This document shows positions 1-15,000 of a stretch of 64,000 nt of DNA, one piece after another. The position numbers were made by a program, and so were the translations under genes. Source of the DNA: Eledone cirrhosa (Eukaryota); assembly GCA_964016885.1 (NCBI GenBank), contig OZ024744.1:37758001-37822000 (forward strand). The letters run 5' to 3'. Under the pieces are notes generated by a model that had not been told where the DNA came from, ran no database searches, and saw nothing but the letters and a program-made list of their open reading frames with translations. Each line of letters starts with the position of its first letter. Position 1 is the stretch's first letter.

Positions 1-3000
1 ACAATCTCTTTTGTCCCCCTTAATAATTTAGTTAAACTGGCACTATCTCTCTTGTACCCCTTAATAATTTAGTTGAACTGGAACAATCTCCCTTGTACAC
101 CTTAATAATTTAGTTAGAATGGAACAATCTGTCTTGTCCCCCTTAGTAATTTAGTTAAACTGGAACAATCTCTCTTGTCCCCATTAATAATTTAGTTAAA
201 CTGGAACAATCTCTCTTGTCCCCCTTAGTAATTTAGTTAAACTGGAACAATCTGTCTTGTCCCCCTTACTAATTTAGTTAAACTGGAACAATCTGTTTTG
301 TCCCCCTTAATAATTTAGTTAAACTTGAACAATCTCTCTTGTCCCCTTAATATTTTAGTTAAACTGTAACAATCTCTCTTGTCCCCCTTAATAATTTAGT
401 TAAACTGTAACAAACTCACTTGTCCCTCTTAATAATTTAAGTAAACTGGAACGATCTGTCTTGTCCCCCTTAATAATTTAGTTAAACTGGAACAATCACT
501 CTTGTGCCCCTTAATAATTTAGTTAAACTGGAACAATCTGTCTTATCCCCCTTAATAATTTAGTTAAACTGGAACAATCTCTCTTGTCCCCCTTAATAAT
601 TTAGTTAAACTGGAACAATCTCTCTTTTCCCCTTAATAATTTAGTTAAACTAGAACAATCTCTCTTGTCCCCTTAATAATTTAGTTAAACTAGAACAATC
701 TCTCTTTTCCCCTTAATAATTTAGTTAAACTGGAACAATCTGTCTTGTCCCCCTTAATAATTTAGTTAAACTGGACCAATCTCTCTTGTACCCCTTAATA
801 ATTTAGTTAAACTGGAACAATCTCTCTTGTCCCCGTTAATAATTTAGTTAAACTGGAACAATCTGTCTTGTACGCCTTAATAATTTAGTTAAACTGGAAC
901 AATCTCTCTTGTCCCCTTAATAATTTAGTTAAACTAGAACAATCTCTCTTTTCCCCTTAATAATTTAGTTAAACTGGAACAATCTGTCTTGTCCCCCTTA
1001 ATAATTTAGTTAAACTGGAACAATCTCTCTTGTACCCCTTAATAATTTAGTTAAACTAGAACAATCTCTCTTGTCCCCCTTAATAATTTAGTTAAACTGG
1101 AACAATCTGTCTTGTACACCTTAATAATTTAGTTAAACTGGAACAATCTCTCTTGTCCCCCTTCATAATTTAGTTAAACTGGAACAATTTGTCTTGTCCC
1201 CATTAATAATTTAGTTAAGCTGGAACAATCTCTTTTGTCCCCCTTAATAATTTAGTTAAACTGGCACTATCTCTCTTGTCCCCTTTAATAATTTAGTTAA
1301 ACTGGAACAATATCTCTTGTCCCCCTTAATAATTTAGTTAAACTGGAACAATCTGTCTTGTCCCCCTTAATAATTTAGTTAAACTGTAACTATCTCTCTT
1401 GTCGCCCTTAATCATTTAGTTAAACTGTAACAATCTCTCTTGTCCCCCTTAATAATTTAGTTAAACTGGAACAAAATGTCTTGTGACCCTTAATAATTTA
1501 GTTAAACTGGAACAATCTCTCTTGTACGCCTTAATAATTTAGTTAAACTGGAACAATCTCTCTTGTCCCCCTTAATAATTTAGTTAAACTGGAACAATCT
1601 CTCTTTTCCCCTTAATAATTTAGTTAAACTGGAACAATCTCTCTTGTCCCCTTAATAATTTAGTTAAACTAGAACAATCTCTCTTTTCCCCTTAATAATT
1701 TAGTTAAACTGGAACAATCTGTCTTGTCCCCCTTAATAATTTAGTTAAACTGGAACAATCTCTCTTGTACCCCTTAATAATTTAGTTAAACTGGAACAAT
1801 CTCTCTTGTCCCCCTTAATAATTTAGTTAAACTGGAACAATCTGTCTTGTACACCTTAATAATTTAGTTAAACTGGAACAATCTCTCTTGTCCCCCTTCA
1901 TAATTTAGTTAAACTGGAACAATTTGTCTTGTTCCCATTAATAATTTAGTTAAGCTGGAACAATCTCTTTTGTTCCCCTTAATAATTTAGTTAAACTGGC
2001 ACTATCTCTCTTGTCCCCCTTAATAATTTAGTTAAACTGGAACAATCTCTCTTGTCCCTATTAATAATTTAGTTAAACTGGAACAATCTCTCTTGTCCCC
2101 CTTAATAATTTAGTTAAACTGGAACAATCTCTCTTGTCCCCTTAATAATTTAGTTAAACTGGAACAATCTCTCTTGTCCCCTTAGTAATTTAGTTAAACT
2201 GGAACAATCTGTCTTGTCCCCCTTACTAATTTAGTTAAACTGGAACAATCTCTTTTGTCCCCCTTAATAATTTAGTTAAACTGTAACAATCTCTCTTGTC
2301 CCCCTTAATAATTTAGTTAAACTGGAACAATCTCTCTTGTCCCCCTTAATAATTTAGTTAAACTGGAATAATCTATCTTGTCCCCCTTAATAATTTAGTT
2401 AAACTGTAACAATCTCGCTTGTCCCCCTTAATAATTTAGTTAAACTGGAACAATCTCTCTTGTACCCCTTCATAATTTAGTTAAACTGTAACAAACTCAC
2501 TTGTCCCTCTTAATAATTTAGTTAAACTGGAACGATCTGTCTTGTCCCCCTTAATAATTTAGTTAAACTGGAACAATCACTCTTGTGCCCCTTAATAATT
2601 TAGTTAAACTGGAACAATCTGTCTTATCCCCCTTAATAATTTAGTTAAACTGGAACAATCTGTCTTATCCCCCTTAATAATTTAGTTAAACTGGAACAAT
2701 CTCCCTTGCGCCCCTTAATAATTTAATTAAACTGTAACAATCTCTCTTGTACCCCTTAATAATTTAGTAAAAATAGAACAAATTCTCTTTTCCCCTTAAT
2801 AATTTAGTTAAACTGGAACAATCTGTCTTGTCCCCCTTAATAATTTAGTTGAACTGGAACGATCTGTCTTGTCCCCCTTAATAATTTAGTTAAACTGGAA
2901 CAATCACTCTGGTGCCCCTTCATAATTTTGTTAAACTGGAACAATCTGATTTGACCCCCTTAATAATTTAGTTAAACTGGAACAATCTCCCTTGTATCCC

Positions 3001-6000
3001 TTAATAATTTAGTTAAACTGGAACAATCTCCCTTGTCCCCCTTAATAATTTAGTTAAACTGAAACTATCTCTCTTGTCGCCCTTAATAATTTAGTTAAAC
3101 TGTAACAATCTCTCTTGTCCCCCTTAATAATTTAGTTAAACTAGAACAATCTCTCTTTTCCCCTTAATAATTTAGTTGAACTGGAACAAAATGTCTTGTG
3201 CCCCTTAATAATTTAGTTAAGCTGTAACAATCTCTCTTGTCCCCCTTACTAATTTAGTTAAACTGGAACAATCTCTCTTGTCCCCCTTAATAATTTAGTT
3301 AAACTGGAACAATCTCTCTTGTCCCCCTTAATAATTTAGTTAAACTGGAACAATCACTCTTGTCCCCCTTAATAATTTAGTTAAACTGGAACGATCTGTC
3401 TTGTCCCCCTTAATAATTTAGTTAAATTGGAACAATCTCTCTTGTACCCCTTAATAATTTAGTTAAACTGGAACAATCTCTCTTGTACGCCTTAATAATT
3501 TAGTTAAACTGGAACAATCTCTCTTGTCCCCCTTAATAATTTAGTTAAACTGGAACAATCTCTCTTTTCCCCTTAATAATTTAGTTAAACTAGAACAATC
3601 TCACTTGTCCCCTTAATAATTTAGTTAAACTAGAACAATCTCTCTTTTCCCCTTAATAATTTAGTTAAACTGGAACAATCTCTCTTGTCCCCCTTAATAA
3701 TTTAGTTAAACTGGAACAATTTGTCTTGTCCCCATTAATAAGTTAGTTAAACTGGAACAATCTCTTTTGTCCCCCTTAATAATTTGGTTAAACTGGAACT
3801 ATCTCTCTTGTAGCCCTTAATAATTTAGTTAAACTGTAACAATCTCTCTTGTCCCCCTTAATAATTTAATTAAACTGGAACAATCTGTCTTGTCGCCCTT
3901 AATAATTCAGTTAAACTGGAAGAATCTGTCTTGTCCCCCTTAGTGATTTTGTTAAACTGGAACAATCTGTCTTGTCCCCCTTAATAATTTAGTTAAACTG
4001 GAACAATCTCTCTTGTCCCCCTTAATAATTTAGTTAAACTGGAACAATCTCTCTTGCCCTCCTTAATAATTTAGTTAAACTGGAACAATCTGTCTTGTCC
4101 CCCTTACTAATTTAGTTAAACTGTAACAAACTCACTTGTCCCTCTTAATAATTTAGTTAAACTGGAACGATCTGTCTTCTCCCCTTCAATAATTTAGTTA
4201 AACTGGAACAATCACTCTTGTGCCCCTTCATAATTTTGTTAAACTGGAACAATCTGTCTTATCCCCCTTAATAATTTAGTTAAACTGGAACAATCTCCCT
4301 TGCGCCCCTTAATAATTTAGTTAAACTGGAACAATCTGTCTTGTCCCCCTTAATAATTTACTTAAACTGTAACAATCTCTCTTGTCCCCCTTAATAATTT
4401 AGTTAGAATGGAATAATCTCTCTTGTACCTCTTAATAATTTAGTTAAACTAGAACAATCTCTCTTTTCCCTTTAATAATTCAGTTAAACTGGAACAATCT
4501 GTCTTGTCCCCCTTAATAATTTAGTTAAAGTGGAACAATCACTCTGGTGCCCCTTCATAATTTTGTTAAACTGGAACAATCTGTCTTGACCCCCTTAATA
4601 ATTTAGTTAAACTGGAACAATCTCCCTTGTACCCCTTAATAATTTAGTTAAACTGTAACTATCTCTCTTGTCGCCCTTAATAATTTAGTTAAACTGTAAC
4701 AATCTCTCTTGTCCCCCTTAATAATTTAGTTAAACTAGAACAATCTCTCTTTTGCCCTTAATAATTTAGTTGAACTGGAACAAAATGTCTTGTGCCCCTT
4801 AATAATTTAGTTAAGCTGTAACAATCTCTCTTGTCCCACTTAATAATTTAGTTAAACTGAAACAATCTCTCTTGTCCCCCTTAATAATTTAGTTAAACTG
4901 GAACAATCACTCTTGTCCCCCTTCATAATTTAGTTAAACTGGAACAATTTGTCTTGTCCCCATTAATAATTTAGTTAAGCTGGAACAATCTCTTTTGTCC
5001 CCCTTAATAATTTAGTTAAACTGGCACTATCTCTCTTGTACCCCTTAATAATTTAGTTGAACTGGAACAATCTCCCTTGTACACCTTAATAATTTAGTTA
5101 GAATGGAACAATCTGTCTTGTCCCCCTTAGTAATTTAGTTAAACTGGAACAATCTCTCTTGTCCCCATTAATAATTTAGTTAAACTGGAACAATCTCTCT
5201 TGTCCCCCTTAGTAATTTAGTTAAACTGGAACAATCTGTCTTGTCCCCCTTACTAATTTAGTTAAACTGGAACAATCTGTTTTGTCCCCCTTAATAATTT
5301 AGTTAAACTTGAACAATCTCTCTTGTCCCCTTAATATTTTAGTTAAACTGTAACAATCTCTCTTGTCCCCCTTAATAATTTAGTTAAACTGTAACAAACT
5401 CACTTGTCCCTCTTAATAATTTAAGTAAACTGGAACGATCTGTCTTGTCCCCCTTAATAATTTAGTTAAACTGGAACAATCACTCTTGTGCCCCTTAATA
5501 ATTTAGTTAAACTGGAACAATCTGTCTTATCCCCCTTAATAATTTAGTTAAACTGGAACAATCTCTCTTGTCCCCCTTAATAATTTAGTTAAACTGGAAC
5601 AATCTCTCTTTTCCCCTTAATAATTTAGTTAAACTAGAACAATCTCTCTTGTCCCCTTAATAATTTAGTTAAACTAGAACAATCTCTCTTTTCCCCTTAA
5701 TAATTTAGTTAAACTGGAACAATCTGTCTTGTCCCCCTTAATAATTTAGTTAAACTGGACCAATCTCTCTTGTACCCCTTAATAATTTAGTTAAACTGGA
5801 ACAATCTCTCTTGTCCCCGTTAATAATTTAGTTAAACTGGAACAATCTGTCTTGTACGCCTTAATAATTTAGTTAAACTGGAACAATCTCTCTTGTCCCC
5901 TTAATAATTTAGTTAAACTAGAACAATCTCTCTTTTCCCCTTAATAATTTAGTTAAACTGGAACAATCTGTCTTGTCCCCCTTAATAATTTAGTTAAACT

Positions 6001-9000
6001 GGAACAATCTCTCTTGTACCCCTTAATAATTTAGTTAAACTAGAACAATCTCTCTTGTCCCCCTTAATAATTTAGTTAAACTGGAACAATCTGTCTTGTA
6101 CACCTTAATAATTTAGTTAAACTGGAACAATCTCTCTTGTCCCCCTTCATAATTTAGTTAAACTGGAACAATTTGTCTTGTCCCCATTAATAATTTAGTT
6201 AAGCTGGAACAATCTCTTTTGTCCCCCTTAATAATTTAGTTAAACTGGCACTATCTCTCTTGTCCCCTTTAATAATTTAGTTAAACTGGAACAATATCTC
6301 TTGTCCCCCTTAATAATTTAGTTAAACTGGAACAATCTGTCTTGTCCCCCTTAATAATTTAGTTAAACTGTAACTATCTCTCTTGTCGCCCTTAATCATT
6401 TAGTTAAACTGTAACAATCTCTCTTGTCCCCCTTAATAATTTAGTTAAACTGGAACAAAATGTCTTGTGACCCTTAATAATTTAGTTAAACTGGAACAAT
6501 CTCTCTTGTACGCCTTAATAATTTAGTTAAACTGGAACAATCTCTCTTGTCCCCCTTAATAATTTAGTTAAACTGGAACAATCTCTCTTTTCCCCTTAAT
6601 AATTTAGTTAAACTGGAACAATCTCTCTTGTCCCCTTAATAATTTAGTTAAACTAGAACAATCTCTCTTTTCCCCTTAATAATTTAGTTAAACTGGAACA
6701 ATCTGTCTTGTCCCCCTTAATAATTTAGTTAAACTGGAACAATCTCTCTTGTACCCCTTAATAATTTAGTTAAACTGGAACAATCTCTCTTGTCCCCCTT
6801 AATAATTTAGTTAAACTGGAACAATCTGTCTTGTACACCTTAATAATTTAGTTAAACTGGAACAATCTCTCTTGTCCCCCTTCATAATTTAGTTAAACTG
6901 GAACAATTTGTCTTGTTCCCATTAATAATTTAGTTAAGCTGGAACAATCTCTTTTGTTCCCCTTAATAATTTAGTTAAACTGGCACTATCTCTCTTGTCC
7001 CCCTTAATAATTTAGTTAAACTGGAACAATCTCTCTTGTCCCTATTAATAATTTAGTTAAACTGGAACAATCTCTCTTGTCCCCCTTAATAATTTAGTTA
7101 AACTGGAACAATCTCTCTTGTCCCCTTAATAATTTAGTTAAACTGGAACAATCTCTCTTGTCCCCTTAGTAATTTAGTTAAACTGGAACAATCTGTCTTG
7201 TCCCCCTTACTAATTTAGTTAAACTGGAACAATCTCTTTTGTCCCCCTTAATAATTTAGTTAAACTGTAACAATCTCTCTTGTCCCCCTTAATAATTTAG
7301 TTAAACTGGAACAATCTCTCTTGTCCCCCTTAATAATTTAGTTAAACTGGAATAATCTATCTTGTCCCCCTTAATAATTTAGTTAAACTGTAACAATCTC
7401 GCTTGTCCCCCTTAATAATTTAGTTAAACTGGAACAATCTCTCTTGTACCCCTTCATAATTTAGTTAAACTGTAACAAACTCACTTGTCCCTCTTAATAA
7501 TTTAGTTAAACTGGAACGATCTGTCTTGTCCCCCTTAATAATTTAGTTAAACTGGAACAATCACTCTTGTGCCCCTTAATAATTTAGTTAAACTGGAACA
7601 ATCTGTCTTATCCCCCTTAATAATTTAGTTAAACTGGAACAATCTGTCTTATCCCCCTTAATAATTTAGTTAAACTGGAACAATCTCCCTTGCGCCCCTT
7701 AATAATTTAATTAAACTGTAACAATCTCTCTTGTACCCCTTAATAATTTAGTAAAAATAGAACAAATTCTCTTTTCCCCTTAATAATTTAGTTAAACTGG
7801 AACAATCTGTCTTGTCCCCCTTAATAATTTAGTTGAACTGGAACGATCTGTCTTGTCCCCCTTAATAATTTAGTTAAACTGGAACAATCACTCTGGTGCC
7901 CCTTCATAATTTTGTTAAACTGGAACAATCTGATTTGACCCCCTTAATAATTTAGTTAAACTGGAACAATCTCCCTTGTATCCCTTAATAATTTAGTTAA
8001 ACTGGAACAATCTCCCTTGTCCCCCTTAATAATTTAGTTAAACTGGAACTATCTCTCTTGTCGCCCTTAATAATTTAGTTAAACTGTAACAATCTCTCTT
8101 GTCCCCCTTAATAATTTAGTTAAACTAGAACAATCTCTCTTTTCCCCTTAATAATTTAGTTGAACTGGAACAAAATGTCTTGTGCCCCTTAATAATTTAG
8201 TTAAGCTGTAACAATCTCTCTTGTCCCCCTTACTAATTTAGTTAAACTGGAACAATCTCTCTTGTCCCCCTTAATAATTTAGTTAAACTGGAACAATCTC
8301 TCTTGTCCCCCTTAATAATTTAGTTAAACTGGAACAATCACTCTTGTCCCCCTTAATAATTTAGTTAAACTGGAACGATCTGTCTTGTCCCCCTTAATAA
8401 TTTAGTTAAATTGGAACAATCTCTCTTGTACCCCTTAATAATTTAGTTAAACTGGAACAATCTCTCTTGTACGCCTTAATAATTTAGTTAAACTGGAACA
8501 ATCTCTCTTGTCCCCCTTAATAATTTAGTTAAACTGGAACAATCTCTCTTTTCCCCTTAATAATTTAGTTAAACTAGAACAATCTCACTTGTCCCCTTAA
8601 TAATTTAGTTAAACTAGAACAATCTCTCTTTTCCCCTTAATAATTTAGTTAAACTGGAACAATCTGTCTTGTCCCCCTTAATAATTTAGTTAAACTGGAA
8701 CAATCTCTCTTGTACCCCTTAATAATTTAGTTAAACTGGAACAATCTCTCTTGTCCCCCTTAATAATTTAGTTAAACTGGAACAATCTGTCTTGTACACC
8801 TTAATAATTTAGTTAAACTGGAACAATCTCTCTTGTCCCCCTTCATAATTTAGTTAAACTGGAACAATTTGTCTTGTCCCCATTAATAATTTAGTTAAGC
8901 TGGAACAATCTCTTTTGTCCCCCTTAATAATTTAGTTAAACTGGCACTATCTCTCTTGTCCCCCTTAATAATTTAGTTAAACTGGAACAATCTCTCTTGT

Positions 9001-12000
9001 CCCCATTAATAATTTAGTTAAACTGGAACAATCTCTCTTGTCCCCTTAATAATTTAGTTAAACTGGAACAATCTCTCTTGTCCCCTTAGTAATTTAGTTA
9101 AACTTGAACAATCTCTTTTGTCCCCCTTAATAATTTAGTTAAACTGTAACAATCTCTCTTGTCCCCCTTAATAATTTAGTTAAACTGGAACAATCTGTCT
9201 TGTCCCCCTTAATAATTTAGTTAAACTGTAACTATCTCTCTTGTCGCCCTTAATAATTTAGTTAAACTGTAACAATCTCTCTTGTCCCCCTTAATAATTT
9301 AGTTAAACTGGAACAAAATGTCTTGTGACCCTTAATAATTTAGTTAAGCTGTAACAATCTCTCTTGTCCCCCTTACTAATTTAGTTAAACTGGAACAATC
9401 TCTCTTGTCCCCCTTAATAATTTAGTTAAACTGGAACAATCTCTCTTTTCCCCCTTAGTAATTTAGTTAAACTGGATCAATATCTCTTGTCCCTCTTAAT
9501 AATTTAGTTAAACTGGAACAATCACTCTTGTCCCCCTTAATAATTTAGTTAAACTGGAACGATCTGTCTTGTCCCCCTTAATAATTTAGTTAAATTGGAA
9601 CAATCTCTCTTGTACCTCTTAATAATTTAGTTAAACTGGAACAATCTCTCTTGTCCCCCTTAATAATTTAGTTAAACTGGAACAATCTCTCTTTTCCCCT
9701 TAATAATTTAGTTAAACTGGAACAATCTCTCTTGTCCCCTTAATAATTTAGTTAAACTAGAACAATCTCTCTTTTCCCCTTAATAATTTAGTTAAACTGG
9801 AACAATCTGTCTTGTCCCCCTTAATAATTTAGTTAAACTGGAACAATCTCTCTTGTACACCTTAATAATTTAGTTAAACTGGAACAATCTCTCTTGTCCC
9901 CCTTAATAATTTAGTTAAACTGGAACAATCTGTCTTGTACACCTTAATAATTTAGTTAAACTGGAACAATCTCTCTTGTCCCCCTTCATAATTAAGTTAA
10001 ACTGGAACAATTTGTCTTGTTCCCATTAATAATTTAGTTAAGCTGGAACAATCTCTTTTGTCCCCCTTAATAATTTAGTTAAACTGGCACTATCTCTCTT
10101 GTCCCCCTTAATAATTTAGTTAAACTGGAACAATCTCTCTTGTCCCTATTAATAATTTAGTTAAACTGGAACAATCTCTCTTGTCCCCCTTAATAATTTA
10201 GTTAAACTGGACCAATCTCTCTTGTCCCCTTAATAATTTAGTTAAACTGGAACAATCTCTCTTGTCCCCTTAGTAATTTAGTTAAACTGTAACAATCTCG
10301 CTTGTCCCCCTTAATAATTTAGTTAAACTGGAACAATCTCTCTTGTACCCCTTCATAATTTAGTTAAACTGTAACAAACTCACTTGTCCCTCTTAATAAT
10401 TTAGTTAAACTGGAACGATCTGTCTTGTCCCCCTTAATAATTTAGTTAAACTGGAACAATCACTCTTGTGCCCCTTAATAATTTAGTTAAACTGGAACAA
10501 TCTGTCTTATCCCCCTTAATAATTTAGTTAAACTGGAACAATCTGTCTTATCCCCCTTAATAATTTAGTTAAACTGGAACAATCTCCCTTGCGCCCCTTA
10601 ATAATTTAATTAAACTGTAACAATCTCTCTTGTACCCCTTAATAATTTAGTAAAAATAGAACAAATTCTCTTTTCCCCTTAATAATTTAGTTAAACTGGA
10701 ACAATCTGTCTTGTCCCCCTTAATAATTTAGTTGAACTGGAACGATCTGTCTTGTCCCCCTTAATAATTTAGTTAAACTGGAACAATCTGTTTTGTCCCC
10801 CTTAATAATTTAGTTAAACTTGAACAATCTCTCTTGTCCCCTTAATAATTTAGTTAAACTGTAACAATCTCTCTTGTCCCCCTTAATAATTTAGTTAAAC
10901 TGTAACAAACTCACTTGTCCCTCTTAATAATTTAAGTAAACTGGAACGATCTGTCTTGTCCCCCTTAATAATTTAGTTAAATTGGAACAATCTCTCTTGT
11001 ACCTCTTAATAATTTAGTTAAACTGGAACAATCTCTCTTGTCCCCCTTAATAATTTACTTCAACTGTAATAATCGCTCTTGTCCCCCTTAATAATTTAAT
11101 TAAACTGTAACAATCTCTCTTGTACCCCTTAATAATTTAGTAAAAATAGAACAAATTCTCTTTTCACCTTAATAATTTAGTTAAACTGGAACAATCTGTC
11201 TTGTCCCCCTTAATAATTTAGTTGAACTGGAACGATCTGTCTTGTCCCCCTTAATAATTTAGTTAAACTGGAACAATCACTCTGGTGCCCCTTCATAATT
11301 TTGTTAAACTGGAACAATCTCTCTTGTACCCCTTAATAATTTAGTTAAACTGGAACAATCTCCCTTGTATCCCTTAATAATTTAGTTAAACTGGAACAAT
11401 CTCCCTTGTCCCCCTTAATAATTTAGTTAAACTGGAACTATCTCTCTTGTCGCCCTTAATAATTTAGTTAAACTGTAACAATCTCTCTTGTCCCCCTTAA
11501 TAATTTAGTTAAACTAGAACAATCTCTCTTTTCCCCTTAATAATTTAGTTGAACTGGAACAAAATGTCTTGTGCCCCTTAATAATTTAGTTAAGCTGTAA
11601 CAATCTCTCTTGTCCCCCTTACTAATTTAGTTAAACTGGAACAATCTCTCTTGTCCCCCTTAATAATTTAGTTAAACTGGAACAATCTCTCTTGTCCCCC
11701 TTAATAATTTAGTTAAACTGGAACAATCACTCTTGTCCCCCTTAATAATTTAGTTAAACTGGAACGATCTGTCTTGTCCCCCTTAATAATTTAGTTAAAT
11801 TAGAACAATCTCTCTTGTACCCCTTAATAATTTAGTTAAACTGGAACAATCTCTCTTGTACGCCTTAATAATTTAGTTAAACTGGAACAATCTCTCTTGT
11901 CCCCCTTAATAATTTAGTTAAACTGGAACAATCTCTCTTTTCCCCTTAATAATTTAGTTAAACTAGAACAATCTCTCTTGTCCCCTTAATAATTTAGTTA

Positions 12001-15000
12001 AACTAGAACAATCTCTCTTTTCCCCTTAATAATTTAGTTAAACTGGAACAATCTGTCTTGTCCCCCTTAATAATTTAGTTAAACTGGACCAATCTCTCTT
12101 GTACCCCTTAATAATTTAGTTAAACTGGAACAATCTCTCTTGTCCCCCTTAATAATTTAGTTAAACTGGAACAATCTGTCTTGTACGCCTTAATAATTTA
12201 GTTAAACTGGAACAATCTCTCTTGTCCCCTTAATAATTTAGTTAAACTAGAACAATCTCTCTTTTCCCCTTAATAATTTAGTTAAACTGGAACAATCTGT
12301 CTTGTCCCCCTTAATAATTTAGTTAAACTGGAACAATCTCTCTTGTACCCCTTAATAATTTAGTTAAACTGGAACAATCTCTCTTGTCCCCCTTAATAAT
12401 TTAGTTAAACTGGAACAATCTGTCTTGTACACCTTAATAATTTAGTTAAACTGGAACAATCTCTCTTGTCCCCCTTCATAATTTAGTTAAACTGGAACAA
12501 TTTGTCTTGTCCCCATTAATAATTTAGTTAAGCTGCAACAATCTCTTTTGTCCCCCTTAATAATTTAGTTAAACTGGCACTATCTCTCTTGTCCCCCTTA
12601 ATAATTTAGTTAAACTGGAACAATCTCTCTTGTCCCCCTTAATAATTTAGTTAAACTGGAACAATCTGTCTTGTCCCCCTTAATAATTTAGTTAAACTGT
12701 AACTATCTCTCTTGTCGCCCTTAATAATTTAGTTAAACTGTAACAATCTCTCTTGTCCCCCTTAATAATTTAGTTAAACTGGAACAATCTCTCTTTTCCC
12801 CCTTAGTAATTTAGTTAAACTGGATCAATATCTCTTGTCCCTCTTAATAATTTAGTTAAACTGGAACAATCACTCTTGTCCCCCTTAATAATTTAGTTAA
12901 ACTGGAACGATCTGTCTTGTCCCCCTTAATAATTTAGTTAAATTGGAACAATCTCTCTTGTACCTCTTAATAATTTAGTTAAACTGGAACAATCTCTCTT
13001 GTACGCCTTAATAATTTAGTTAAACTGGAACAATCTCTCTTGTCCCCCTTAATAATTTAGTTAAACTGGAACAATCTCTCTTTTCCCCTTAATAATTTAG
13101 TTGAACTGGAACAATCTCTCTTGTCCCCTTAATAATTTAGTTAAACTAGAACAATCTCTCTTTTCCCCTTAATAATTTAGTTAAACTGGAACAATCTGTC
13201 TTGTCCCCCTTAATAATTTAGTTAAACTGGAACAATCTCTCTTGTACCCCTTAATAATTTAGTTAAACTGTAACAATCTCTCTTGTCCCCCTTAATAATT
13301 TAGTTAAACTGGAACAATCTGTCTTGTACACCTTAATAATTTAGTTAAACTGGAACAATCTCTCTTGTCCCCCTTCATAATTTAGTTAAACTGGAACAAT
13401 TTGTCTTGTTCCCATTAATAATTTAGTTAAGCTGGAACAATCTCTTTTGTCCCCCTTAATAATTTAGTTAAACTGGCACTATCTCTCTTGTCCCCCTTAA
13501 TAATTTAGTTAAACTGGAACAATCTCTCTTGTCCCTATTAATAATTTAGTTAAACTGGAACAATCTCTCTTGTCCCCCTTAATAATTTAGTTAAACTGGA
13601 ACAATCTCTCTTGTCCCCTTAATAATTTAGTTAAACTGGAACAATCTCTCTTGTCCCCTTAGTAATTTAGTTAAACTGGAACAATCTGTCTTGTCCCCCT
13701 TACTAATTTAGTTAAACTGGAACAATCTCTTTTGTCCCCCTTAATAATTTAGTTAAACTGTAACAATCTCTCTTGTCCCCCTTAATAATTTAGTTAAACT
13801 GGAACAATCTCTCTTGTCCCCCTTAATAATTTAGTTAAACTGGAATAATCTATCTTGTCCCCCTTAATAATTTAGTTAAACTGTAACAATCTCGCTTGTC
13901 CCCCTTAATAATTTAGTTAAACTGGAACAATCTCTCTTGTACCCCTTCATAATTTAGTTAAACTGTAACAAACTCACTTGTCCCTCTTAATAATTTAGTT
14001 AAACTGGAACGATCTGTCTTGTCCCCCTTAATAATTTAGTTAAACTGGAACAATCACTCTTGTGCCCCTTAATAATTTAGTTAAACTGGAACAATCTGTC
14101 TTATCCCCCTTAATAATTTAGTTAAACTGGAACAATCTGTCTTATCCCCCTTAATAATTTAGTTAAACTGGAACAATCTCCCTTGCGCCCCTTAATAATT
14201 TAATTAAACTGTAACAATCTCTCTTGTACCTCTTAATAATTTAGTAAAAATAGAACAAATTCTCTTTTCCCCTTAATAATTTAGTTAAACTGGAACAATC
14301 TGTCTTGTCCCCCTTAATAATTTAGTTGAACTGGAACGATCTGTCTTGTCCCCCTTAATAATTTAGTTAAACTGGAACAATCTGTTTTGTCCCCCTTAAT
14401 AATTTAGTTAAACTTGAACAATCTCTCTTGTCCCCTTAATAATTTAGTTAAACTGTAACAATCTCTCTTGTCCCCCTTAATAATTTAGTTAAACTGTAAC
14501 AAACTCACTTGTCCCTCTTAATAATTTAAGTAAACTGGAACGATCTGTCTTGTCCCCCTTAATAATTTAGTTAAACTGGAACAATCACTCTTGTGCCCCT
14601 TAATAATTTAGTTAAACTGGAACAATCTGTCTTATCCCCCTTAATAATTTAGTTAAACTGGAACAATCTCCCTTGCGCCCCTTAATAATTTAGTTAAACT
14701 GGAACAATCTGTCTTGTCCCCCTTAATAATTTACTTCAACTGTAATAATCGCTCTTGTCCCCCTTAATAATTTAATTAAACTGTAACAATCTCTCTTGTA
14801 CCCCTTAATAATTTAGTAAAAATAGAACAATTTCTCTTTTCCCCTTAATAATTTAGTTAAACTGGAACAATCTGTCTTGTCCCCCTTAATAATTTAGTTA
14901 AACTGGAACAATCACTCTGGTGCCCCTTCATAATTTTGTTAAACTGGAACAATCTGATTTGACCCCCTTAATAATTTAGTTAAACTGGAACAATCTCCCT

